Source of the DNA: Heptranchias perlo
Taxonomy: Eukaryota
Assembly (NCBI RefSeq): GCF_035084215.1
Contig: NC_090349.1
Location: 27,962,001-28,026,000, forward strand
Direction: 5' to 3'
Length of the DNA: 64,000 nt
Shown here piece after piece: positions 24,876-36,894 of this stretch. The position numbers were made by a program, and so were the translations under genes. The first letter of the stretch is position 1; every line of letters starts with the position of its first letter. The notes below the pieces were generated by a model, which saw nothing but the letters and a program-made list of their open reading frames with translations, was not told where the DNA came from and did no database searches.

Positions 24876-27211
24876 TGACACCATGAGCAATGCGATGGGA
24901 GATCTGCAAGTAGATCTTGCCTTTATCTTCAGTTAGTCAAAACTTGTCCATTTTAAATGAAATATGTTTCCATTGCTGTTTGTGACTGGATAGTCTTGGT
25001 GGACTTTCTCTCCTAAAGCACACATCTTCAGTTGATCATGGAGCTTTAAATTTAAGCTCACTATTAGGTGTGCTGGAACTTTGATATGGTCTCATTTCAA
25101 GTCCCCATGATACTTTTTCCACTTCTCTCCAGGGCATTGAAACTGGAGATTCCAGTCAGACCCAACACATTCTATTGACTGCAGCATTTGACAATGAAAA
25201 AGTTTTAGTTGTATGCAGCTATATTCTATGGGTGTGTTCAAGAAGTGACCTAAAAAAATTAAGAAAGGTGAAGGTACTGGCACAAAAGTAGACAGTGTTA
25301 TAAATGCCAGTCACAAGCCACAGCTCAGCACCAAAGAATCATCCCTTTAGTGCAAAGCATTCAGGATAGCAGTATGTGCTTGAATTAATGGAAGTCAGCA
25401 GGCTTCAACCCAACCAGTCATAAATATTTCATCTAACAAAAAAAATGTCCAGGCCTCAAATAACTGAGTTGATACTTGATGTACCAAGTGGTTAGTTTAC
25501 CAACTTGCTGCTTTTACACACTATGTCCAATAATAGAGAATCAGAAAGGATTGCAAAATCATTCATACAAGTCTGTATAGAAATAAAATTCTATGTACAG
25601 CATTCATTCAAGGGCAAACATTAAAGATCACCACATCCCAAAAGAGTAAATCCTGTTTGGCTGATCAATACTGCTTAGCTGAAATATCAGAATGTGAAGC
25701 AATCAAAAATTACCTTCATTCACTACCAAACCACTTAATTTGTTTCACAAAACTAGCAGCTTCCACAAAGTGAATCAAATAATTTCTAGTTTATAAACCA
25801 TCATTTTCTTTCACTCAGGTCAGCATGTAAAGCTTAAACCAACATCCATAACAATGCACTGACAACTTGACCAGGTTTTGTCAAGTGGTGAATATTAGAT
25901 GGGTTAAGTCAGTGTCTCAGCAAGATATTTTCACTATGTCAGTTATGAGGTAAATTTCCTGTATTACAGCAATTGACAGACCAGCATATCTAGATCACAG
26001 GATTGTGGAGGACATTAGAAATCACACTTGAAGTCCTGAACTATGCAAGCAGTCACATGAAATCTACTGGTGATTAAATCTTTAGTGGGAATTAAGTATT
26101 TTGCCTCATAGAACCTTTACCACAAGCTGCATCTATGAGTGATAAGAGATTGAGGCTCATTACACAGATGGGCTCGTTATTTAAGATTACTAGGAGAGTA
26201 GAGTATACATTGAAATTAATTTATTTCCCTATACTCCACCTAGTGAGTAGCCTTGCTTGGATCTTATATCTTGCATCAGGTGAGTCTGTTGCTATGCCCT
26301 GACAAACTGCTTAAAAGTAAATCCTATATAAACTCCTAGCCTGGCCCTTTGGTCTCTACCTAATTTTCAACTTGAAGCAATTGGCATCTCCACTCATTAT
26401 TCTGAAGAATCACATCTAAATTAAGTCAAAAAAAAAAGCTTATGGTTGCCAGGGTCACTTTACACTTGCAGCTGTAGAAAGGCTAGAAGCTCATGATGCC
26501 TTGCTTTTGTGTTTAAAGAACAAACATATGGTACAAGTCAGTTCATTAATGTTTGTGAAGGAAGCCCCTTCAGCTTAAGCTCACAACCAGTCAGATTCAG
26601 AGGGATAATTGACTAGAATAGTATTTAGCCCAAATCACAAGGACTGAATCAAGTTGAATAAAGGTTAAGATTACTATACACATTACAACTGGTGTCCCAC
26701 TGAAGTTAAATCACCTTGATTTGAGAAGCACAAGATATATTTTGGTATCCAGTTCATGGAGGGTTTCCTCTGTTACATTAGGGGTGGGGATGAAAGATGT
26801 TAAATACAGGGTCCACTTGCATGCAGGCCAGTGATACCACCCCAGAGACTCCAAATCAGACATGTTTGTAATGTTCAAAGTGTATGGACCAGCATATAGG
26901 CTATTTGTCATATAGGCTGCAACCCAGAAACTAGTTTATCTTTGGAAGTGGAAAAGCAGCCAGATAGAGAAAAGGGCAAGACGGCATTAGAACTTAGTCT
27001 AAGATTAAAGCTAAATTACCTATTTCAAATGATTGGGACCTCAAAGCAATATTAACATTGAAGCTTCAGTAATTCTAATTCTCAACTGGTCTCTTGTACA
27101 CTAATATCCAACTACATTTAGAAAAGTGAAATTAATGGAGCTAATACAATTTCAACTGCCACATGATTAATTACATTTTGCAAGTTACAAAAAGGCTTCA
27201 AAATGTAAACA

Positions 27212-27585
27212 CTAGATTGATTCCTGGGGGATGAGGATTGTCCTGTGAGTTAGAGTAGAATATGTGAGTTTAAGAATGAAAGGTGATGTCATTGACATGT
27301 AAAAACTTCTTGAAAGGGTAGCAAGAGGGAAGCCATTTCCTCTGGCTGGATCGAGAACCAAGGGTCATAGTCTCAACATAAGGGATCAGCTATCCAAGAC
27401 AAGGAAAAATTTCATTCAGGAATTCTCTACCCTAGAAGACTGGATACTCATTGAGTACATGCAATGTTACTAGCAATAGATTTTTGGACTCAAGGATAGG
27501 GCAGGAAAGTGGAAGTAGATAGCCATGATTTTATTGAATGGCAGCAGGCTTGAGGGGCCTTATGGCCTACTCCTATTTCTTACAT
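27212..27585 (+). mobile_element. Degenerate CR1 3' fragment (duplicated at ~41613-41997)
   Basis: ACTAGATTGATTCCTGGG...GGTCATAGTCTC...TGGCCTACTCCTATTTCTTA. Confidence 0.7.
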
Positions 27586-27857
27586 ACTTAATATTGGACC
27601 CTGCAAGTGTCAATGCAAGAGCAGTTAACTGCATCTCAGCACCAAAACATGCTCAAGATCTACACTAAGATTGTTTAAATATCTAATTTGCTTGCCAAGA
27701 GTGTGGTTTTAACACTTGATATTTTACCAAGGACCTGCAGACTGCCACAGGCAATCATGCAGTGTTACTTTAGTTCTGTAATCCTAAATCCTGTGTCAAT
27801 AGGACCTCTTCCACCCTTCCTAAAGACAGACTATGCACAAAATCTGCAAAATGTAAT

Positions 27858-27863
27858 TTTATT
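27858..27863 (-). terminator. Candidate polyadenylation signal of ZP3-like copy 1
   Basis: AATAAA on the minus strand 100 nt past the stop codon; conserved in copy 2 (~42271-42276). Confidence 0.6.
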
Positions 27864-27962
27864 TGAGTCAAGAATTACATCTTTTAGAAGTACATTTAGC
27901 ATCAAGGTTGGACACCTTGCTCCAGTTTTGGTAATTAGCCACCTTCAATTATTCGTTCTTGA

Positions 27963-30900
27963 TCACAAGCTACGGTGTACATGCTGGATTTTCCATTTGT
28001 ACAGGCCTAGGAGCAAGACCCCCAAAAAGCAAGCTAGCAGTGGGGCAGCCAAAAGTATTACTCCTTGATTTTCTGTAAAAATGAAAGTTACATCTCAACA
28101 ATTGGTCATGATCACAATGTATCTATGTTAAGATATCTAATGTATTGATAAAATTGAAGTCAGTTAATTTGAGAATTGGTAGTGTGGTAAAGCATTACCC
28201 AAAACAACTAGTAATTATTCACTATAGCATGAACAAGGTTATTTACAGGCTAAGTTGTGTAGGAGCCAACATGATTTGACACTTAAATTTGATGTTACAA
28301 TTTAAGCAGTTGTCAATTTGATCACAGGTTGTTACATTAGTCAGATTTAGCCAATGGTCTGGATACTTCCACTGTTGAGTTAGTAATCAATGTTGACTAA
28401 ACTCAAGTTTATCCTTTACAACAGTTAAGTCCAGAGTAAGAAACTGCTTGAATGTTTTATAGCCTTTAAGGCATGCATTAGCTGTTAAGAGCAAACCCTT
28501 TACAGTAACCTCATTAGCAAGTGTACTTCAAATTTACCTCCTTGAATCTTGGCTGAAGTTCTGGATCCAGACTGGGTACTAAGCACTCTCAATGGACCAA
28601 CTTTAATTATGTGACTAATACCAGTTTTTGATTCTAAAAAAAGTTAAAAGATGGTTAGCACAAATAAAATTCTAATCCCATTAATTTAATAGCTGAATGA
28701 ATGGTACCTTCAGCTCGTTTATGGCGAGATTGGATAGGCTGGCAGATTGTGTTACAGCAGTCACACAGGGAACTTTGTAATGGGGCATCCAAGAGCTGCC
28801 AGCTTTAAAAAAAAACAGAATTATACATGTAACAAACATTCCAGAGGAGATTTATATAAATCTAGTTAAGAAATAAAAATTCCATTGATAAATACTAGGG
28901 AATTACTTCCAGACTTCCAATTGTCTGGAAGCTCAATTGTTTCCTTTTCTCCAAGGAAAAAAAAAAGAGCCAGACAGCAAGTATTCTAGTAGATCCTGAT
29001 CCAGTCTTCAGCTTACATTCATGTGCACTTCCCACAAAAGAATAGGGGCAAGCAGTTGCCTATTTTGGTTAGCAGCTGGGAACCGGACTAGTTCATTGAT
29101 CCTTGCAGCCCATTTAAAGAGAACTTAATCAGTGCTGTCATTGCAATTCCTGGTTTAATTGAATAGGCCAATTTAACTGGTTGCATAAACACAAGTGGGC
29201 TGTCCTGTAGCTAGTTCCATCCATGACTATCCAAAGTAGTGTACATCAGCACTGATGAAGGGCAGATATAACTAGCCATATTTAGGCTAGAGTACAGTCA
29301 AGTGATCTGCTTAAAGATCCTAAATACAAACTAGTCACTGGTGCCAGCAAGTTAGATATCCTTCTAAAAAGGACACAAAATACATTGGCAATGTGCACAA
29401 AATGAGCTTGTTAAAAATAACAATTTAGTTCAGTATCAAATGCATTGTATTTATCACCAAATCAATCAGTTATAATCCCTTCATTCTCTAGAATAACCCA
29501 ACCAGCTCTGTACATTTGCTTTCAGTTTTTGCTATTCCTTCATCAGCACTGGGTCAAAATCCTGAAGCCCCCCCTAACAGCAGAGTCCATTCACCAGACT
29601 GCAGCAGCTCACCACCTTCAAAGTGAATTAGGGACAGGCAATAAATGCTGGCCTTGCCAGTGACAGCCACATCCCTTGAATGATTAAAAAGCTAGGAATG
29701 CATTTTTAGAAAGGCACAAAGACACCACTTGATATTTTAAGTGATTTTTCTTCATCCATCCAACTACAGGACCTGCTAATCAATCATTCAGGCTTTAATA
29801 CTGACCAGAGTTTAAAAACTCCACTCAGGTGACCAAAGCACATCTTTTAATAAAAGGAAACTTGCTAGCTTGTCATGTTACTCACCTTTCAGTTTGCTGG
29901 TCAAAGGAACATGCTTTGTGTAAGAGACTTGCATCCCAATTAGGATCCCAGACCAGAGCTTTACAGTGTATATAAATCTGTAGAAATAGTGAATATAGTA
30001 CATCAAGTGCTAGCCATATTAATACACAACTCTGCATTGTTTACAGTATGGTTTCAAATAAAAATCCTGAAAGCTGGCTATGACCAAGTTGTTTTGACTT
30101 ATAGGATCAGTTCATGATCAAGACTTGGAGGGGATGCTATCTGCTTTTTCATTAGCTTGCCAATCATTACGTGCAAGGAATGGCTACAAGTAGCTTAAGG
30201 TTCTTCTTCAGAAAGTTTAATCTGCCACATTGAAAAGCCAGATAATTCACTCAATTTCAGTGGGGGTGATTTAAAATTAGTCTAAATTAAGGTAGATGGC
30301 AATTGTGCCTTTGGTATAATAGTATTAACAAGCCCACAGAAGGGCTTCTCACAAGTCAGTCTATCTGACCCAATAAGGTAGAACAATCTATTGAAACAAC
30401 TCATTAGTAATAAAGTGGCAGACTGCCATCTTAAAAGACAGTACCTTCAACTGTTCAGTATTAGTGATCTACACTCCAAGGTCTTCAATGAGGATTCACT
30501 ATACAATTTAAAATTTATGGTGCACTATTCAATAAGACAGAAACTAAGCATTAGACTCAAAAGCTTCTTTAATTGTATCCTTAAGTTGTCCCAGACTTAC
30601 ATCAGTTTCTTCCAGACTGATGAATTTAAATGCCTGCACAATAAATTGAAGACGTGATCCATCACTTCTGGGTACGTACTTGGAATTTCCTGTTATCCCA
30701 TCAACAAGACATCTGTGGGAACAGGGAAAAAAGTTAACCCAAAGCCAAGTTACTAATTTTTAAAAATCACTATACTTCAAGTCTCATACCCATAGTTGTT
30801 TATGATGGTATAATTCTCTGGAGATTTGTCCAGTGAGCTTGTCGGGGTGGCAATACATTCTTCCATATAAAGGCGGAGAGCCTGATGATATGTGGCAATG

Positions 30901-33470
30901 GCAGAGGCTTCTATGTTAATGGAAGCTCCCAGGAAGAATACAGAATCTGGCCTCTCAGCAGTCCAATCATCTACAGCAAGAAGTTGCATACATTACTCCA
31001 ACAATCATTTATAGTTAAAATGTGAATTCTCACCTTTTGCTTTTACATCTAGATTAAGCAATATTGATGTCATGGTCTGGCCATCAGTAGATAAGCCAGT
31101 TATCATAGTGCACTTGAACTACATAAAACACTCCCTTTGAAATCAGATCAGCCTATACTGCAGGGATCCAGATCTTTCCACTAGTGGGGAAAAGCCAGTG
31201 AATCAAGGAGTTTAAAATCAATCAGGGGCTACAGGTACAAACAGCATGAATTAGGATCAATGTAGAGGCAGTTTTACCCAATGTGGAAGAAACAGCATCT
31301 TCAAAAAGACATCTATTAAAAGGTGCAGTTATAACCACCACTGCAAAGTGATTGCTGATTTGCAGCACAAGTGACACCATTGGTTCCAAACCAGACTAGA
31401 GCAATTGGAAATTCCTTCAATGAGGAATCCTCACAGCTTGGACTTAGTACCACATTTTAAACCATATAGTTTAAAAAGCTGCTGGGTATGGGGATGGTCT
31501 CCTTGATAAAACCCCAAAGTTAGGATATACTGCTATGCACATCTCAGTAGAAAGAATATGGCTCTGCAGCCATGAGCAGCTCACAGTACAACTTGTGAAT
31601 AGCTCCTTACAACTACAGGTAGCATGATCTAACTATAGCCTAGAAATAACATTTAATTTGGAGTAGACACCAAATTGGTTAAAAGTGTATAGTAACTCAT
31701 TTGAATTATAGCATGAGTTTATTATTAAGCCATCTGCCAACTTTAGAAAATAAGACATGCTACAAGATCTACTTCCAGTGTACTCAATGCAGGGGAAGGA
31801 AAGAAAAAATTACTTCTACCATGCATATTCAAGAATATGCATGAGGTCACTGCACAGCAATTATGTTCTCTTTCTCCCCCCCCCCCCCACTATAGAAAAG
31901 TATCTCACCAGTCATTATTTTCATGGAAAAGACCAAGCTTCCATCTCCTGCCAGAAAACCAATTACTGGAAATGCTGTTGATGGTACAGGTACCACATCA
32001 CTAGAGAAAAGAAAAACAGGAACAGCAATTGCTGAGGTGTCCTGCTCAAGAGTTGAATTGGGACACAAGATGTAGTTACCAACTACTTTAAACTCAATTT
32101 TTAAAAAAGTGTGCACGGGGTCAGAAGTTAACAGCCATGAAGCAACTGGTCAAATATAGCAATTAAAAATCATTTCCAGTTTTCTGGAACTGGGATTTTT
32201 TTTGTCCTATTACTGCAGTTATACAGGGCCTAGGTGAGACCACTCCTGGAGTATTGTGCAGTTTTGGTCTCTACCCAAGAAAGGATATACTTGCCATAGA
32301 GAGTGCAGCAAAGGTTCACCAGACTGATTCCTGGGATGGCAGGACTGTCATGAGGAGATTGGTCAACTTGGCCTGTGTTCACTTGAGTTTAGAAGAATGA
32401 GTGGGGATCTCATGGAGACAAAATGCTGACAGGGCTAGACAGACTAGATGCAGGGAGGATGTTTCCCCTGGCTTGGTGGTGGTGGGGGTCCAGAACAAGG
32501 GGTCACAGTCTCAGAATACAGGGTAGGACATTTAGGACTGAGATAAGGAGAAATTTCTTCACTCCAAGGGTGGTGAACCTGTAGCATTTTCTACTACAGA
32601 AAATTAGAGAGGCCAAGTTCACTGAATATTTAAGCAGCTAGATAGAGTTCTAGACACTAAAGGCATTAAGGGGTACGGAGAGAGCAGAATATGGTATAGG
32701 GGGGGGGGGGGGATCAGCCATGATCATATTGAATGGCAGAGCAGGCTCAAAAGACTAAATGGCCTACTCCTATTTTCTATCTATTACTCGACTTAATCCA
32801 TCCCGAGGAGTGTTAGTCTTTAAAAACAGCCAATATGCACAAAAAACACTTTATAACCTATGAGGCCACTCGGCCGATAGGGAAAGGGATGGTGTGACTA
32901 CGGTTTACTGTTTTAAGTGAGAACCCTTAGACTGGGGTTTGTTTCTTACAGTAGATAGCGACATTCCAGGCGAGTGTTGAGCAGCAGTTGCTCCATCCCA
33001 GGGGCTGGTCTGGCTTCATACTTCAGGTAATTCCAGTAAACTATCTCCTGATCAGTCACCTAGGGGTGAGAAATCAGGACTAGAGTTAGAACAACAGACC
33101 AAGCCGAGCCGTAGAGAGTCTTTCAGACACACACCCACCAGTCGGCCAGCCCGGCAGTCTTCTAGTCCATACTGGAAGGTGAGGACTCTGGCGGAGCTGA
33201 AGCCTGAAGGGGGGCAGTTTCCAAGCCGGAAAGCGGAGGCGTCAACGCTAGACAAAAAATCCATCGACACATACACAGTCAGGGTAGAGTTGTCACAAGA
33301 GTAAGTGATGCCATGTTGAAGAACTGAAATTGAAAGAAAGTTAAAGTTAGAAAGAAGGGAAATGCAACAATTCAGGACTACAAACCATTAAAAAAAACCA
33401 ACAGACCTGTTTGATGTTCTCCCGACACAGTAACTATCAAAAGTATCACTAAACTCCCGAATAGAATCAT
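27963..33470 (-). CDS. Zona pellucida glycoprotein 3-like (ZPC class), copy 1, 378 aa; exons 33470-33407, 33323-33139, 33059-32950, 32000-31909, 30970-30790, 30712-30601, 29977-29886, 28802-28708, 28633-28538, 28072-27963
   Basis: Ten GT-AG exons in consistent phase (1137 nt). Signal peptide MILFGSLVILLIVTVSG; ZP-N with 4 Cys; FSMKIMTDDWTAERPDSVFFLG; YGCLVDG; IYIHCK; KACSF; ZP3-type CDCCNTIC; furin site RHKR; hydrophobic patch KVGPLRV; transmembrane VILLAAPLLACFLGVLLLGLY. Confidence 0.92.
32205..32783 (+). mobile_element. CR1 3' fragment in ZP3-like intron 3 (duplicated at ~46637-47212)
   Basis: LQLYRA*VRPLLEYC remnant; GGTCACAGTCTCAGAATA; tail ATGGCCTACTCCTATTTTCTAT. Confidence 0.85.
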
Positions 33471-33517
33471 TTTGGAGAAGGCTGGGTTACTAACTACAGA
33501 AAGACAGCCCAAGGCTG

Positions 33518-33709
33518 TTTTATAGGAAGCCCCAGTAATTATCTGACATCAGCTCATTCACAGTCATTTAAATTCCGGAGCCAAACCATCACTCAGGCAC
33601 TTGATTCAATTTACAGGGTCATTAAAAATCTCGAGAATTTGTAGTAATCACTCAGGAAATCAACAAGAACAAAAGGGATTTAGGGACAGCGGGTGAGGCG
33701 AGACACGTG
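33518..33709 (-). promoter_or_regulatory. ZP3-like copy 1 promoter: TATAAAA (33524-33518) and E-box CACGTG (33704-33709)
   Basis: TATA box about 50 nt above the ATG; E-box about 215 nt above the predicted start, matching the FIGLA-bound E-box position known for mammalian Zp promoters. Confidence 0.7.
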
Positions 33710-34018
33710 CCGATTCACCGTCAGTTATTTATGCTCAGCAAGATTGAGGATTTATTCATGACCATGTATATATTGTGACAAAAGCAAGTTATAGAAAGTA
33801 GCCCATAACTATTGAAGCTGGAATTTACAGATATTTTCAATGCAATAATTGCCACTATTCTGTGTGGGCCCTGGTGACCTTGAAATGAGACCATGTCAAA
33901 CCCACTGGTTTGCTCGAAGCCTTCAGCAACTGGTGGGTACTGTCATTCATAATAAGACCAATATCACCATTTAATATATGCGTCCATTTTTAGTTTAACT
34001 GAGTGGCTTGTTTTGTAG

Positions 34019-35162
34019 CCCAGCTGGGTGGGACTGCCCATGCCTGGTTCCATTCTTATCGATCCAGTCGTAGCTAGAGAATCACCTGTAATGGCTTCTC
34101 TTCCCGCTCCTGCACCGTTACCTCTGGAGTCCCCCAAAGATCTGTCCTTGGCCCCCTCCTATTTCTCATCTCCATGCTGCCCCTCAGCAACATCATCTGA
34201 AAACACATCGTCAGGTTCCACATGTGCGCTGACGATACCCAGCTCTACTTCACCACCACCTCCTTCAACCTCTCCACTGACTCTGATTTGTCACACTGCT
34301 TGTCTGACATCCAGTACTGGATGAACAAAAATTTCCTCCAACTAAATATTGGGAAGACTAAAGCCATTGCCTTCGGTCCCCTCCACAAATTCCATTCCCC
34401 AGCCACAGACTCCATCCCTCTCCCTGGCCAATGTCTGAGGCTGAACCAGACCATTTGCCACCTTGGCATCCTATTTGACGCTGAGATGAGCTTCCGACCA
34501 CATATCCGCTCCGTCACCAAGACCGCCTACTTCCACCTCCGTAACATTGTGTCTCCGCCCCTGCCTCAGCTCCTCATCCTTGCCTTTGCTACCTCTAGAC
34601 TTGACTATTCCAATGCTCTCCTGGCCTGCCTCCCATCTTCCACCCTCCATGAACTTGAGCTCATCCAAAATTCTGCTGCCCGTATCCTAACTCGCACCAA
34701 GTCCCATTCACCCATCGCCCCTGTGCTCGTTGACCTACATTGGTTCCTGGTCCAGGAACGTCTGGATTTTAAAATTCTCATCCTTGTTTTCAAATCCCTC
34801 CATGGCCTCGCCCCTCCCTATCTCTGTAACCTCCACCAGCCCTACAACCCTCTGAGATCTCTGCGCTCCTCCAATTCTTGCTTCTTGTGCAATCCCGATT
34901 TTTATTGCTCCATCATTGACGGCCGTGCCTCCAGCTGCCTAGCCCTAAGCTCTGGAATTCCTTCCCTAAACCTCTTCGCCTCTCTACCTCTCCTCCTTTA
35001 AGATGCTCCTTAAAACCTACTTCTTTGACCAAGCTTTTGGTCACCTAGCCTAATATCTCCTTATGTGGCTCTTGTCATATTTTGTTTGAAAATCATTCCT
35101 GTGAAGCACCTTGGGATGTTTTACTATGTTAAAGGTGCTATATAAATGCAAGTGGTTGTTGT
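34019..35162 (+). mobile_element. L2 LINE 3' fragment (duplicated at ~48441-49584)
   Basis: [45 protein letters not shown]; tail GCTATATAAATGCAAGTGGTTGTTG. Confidence 0.92.
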
Positions 35163-36529
35163 ATTAGTGGTGCCCTTTTGGTGGGGGGAGGGGGTCACTT
35201 TTAGTGGTATTTGTTCTGGTGACGTTGGACTCACACCCAATGTCACTCTATGTGCCCAGGCAAAAATAAAATAGTGTAGCACAGGGGACCTGCGATGTGA
35301 GATCCCTTGCAGAAGACCTTCCACACTGGTTTGTGTTCACACTGAGTAGTGTGTAACTCCAGTCTCAAGCTGCTTGTACATTGGGTTTAGTGGGGTGCTG
35401 GGGCAACCAGCTCCACCAGGTGGGTCACATGCAACCAATGGCAACCCCAAAGTAAACTTGCTGGGTTAGCTAAAGTCAGTGACTTGGGATGACTTGGTAA
35501 ATACTAAATCCAATTTAAAAGTAGCTTCAAGCCATAATTATTGGAGTATGTGCTGCCTGGGACCTTTGCCAGTTGGCAAAGAAAGTCAGCCCCGTAGTCT
35601 CATTGTATAGGTTTTGCTTCTCAGTGCTTCCTGTACCTTACATACTGTGGCAGCTATTATACTGCCAATAGTGTACAAATGAATAAATGCAGAGTAATTG
35701 ACATTCTACTGTTGTTTGCAAAGGAATTGCATACCTTAATTAAAAAGGGCTAATTTTATGAATCTTTATTCCTCTTGAGAGTACTGTTCTATTAATCTTT
35801 TGCCCTTGTTTTAGTTTATTTTCATTTTCTTCGCTTCTTTTTATGTCTGTCTGTATTAGGCAGCAATCATAGCTGACTGAGTGAGTAACCATCCTACTCA
35901 CAGTCCTCTGAGTGATTCTTTACTTTGACACAGGGTGTCAGAACACTATCATGCCGTGCCATTCACCAGTTTATTGTTTATTTTATAAAGAATCAATTCT
36001 TTGGTCCCATCGATTCCACCTCCTTCCTCAGTGGCTCTGGGTTGGTATGGTGATAAGCTTGATGATAGTGGGCCTATTGTGTCTGTCAATGTACCATGTG
36101 GTATCTGGAAAATTGAGTCAGGGTGCAGATAGGACGTAATGTCTACTGCAGGTTTTGAATGATTAAAAATGATGGTCTTTGTGGGAAATTAAGAATGCCA
36201 CTTTTATATATATTTTGTTATTTGCAATTGTGGTAGATCACAATATGGGTGATTTTACCCCATTATTGCTAATTTAAGGAATAACACCCCTTTGACATCA
36301 GGAGCAATTTTTTTTATACAGGAAACATGTTTCTATTAAAAACAGAGAGGATTATACACTAAATTAACACATTATCCTTTCATCCCAAGGACCTGGGCTT
36401 CAATTCCGTTCACACTGATAAGATAGAAAGTATTTGCATTTATATACCACCTTTCACATTATCAAGGAGCTTCACAGCCAACAAAGTACTTTTGAAGTGC
36501 AGCCATTGTTGTAATGTAGACAAGCAGAA

Positions 36530-36894
36530 TGACAACAACAACAACAACACAACAACAACTTGCATTTATATAGTGTCTTTAACATAGTACAACATCCCAA
36601 GGCCCTTCACAGGAGCGTTATCAAACAAAATTTGACACCAAGCCACATGAGGAGGTATTAGGGCAGGTGACCAAAAGCTTGGCCAAAGAGGTAGGTTTTA
36701 AGGAGCATCTTAAAAGGAGGAGAGGTAGAGAGGCGAAGAAGTTTAGGGAGGGAATTCCAGAGCTTAGGGCCTGGGCAGCTGAAGGCACGGTTGCCAATGG
36801 TGGAGCGATTAAAATCAGGGGTTTGCAAGAGGCAAGAATTGGAGGAGTGCAAAAACCTCGAAGGGTTATAGGGCTGGAGGAGGCTAGAGAGATA
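36530..36894 (-). mobile_element. L2 3' end truncated at the duplication junction
   Basis: Near-identical to 50985-51329 but stops at GCTAGAGAGATA and switches into CR1 sequence. Confidence 0.92.

Larger units (their letters stand above)
22192..36894. repeat. Tandem segmental duplication, copy 1 (~14.7 kb)
   Basis: Colinear with 36892-51329 throughout; the ORF track repeats at offsets of about 14.4-14.7 kb. Confidence 0.97.

Noticed and set aside
34222-35001. 259-aa ORF (and its duplicate at 48644-49423) as a cellular gene
   Set aside because: L2 reverse-transcriptase C-terminal remnant.
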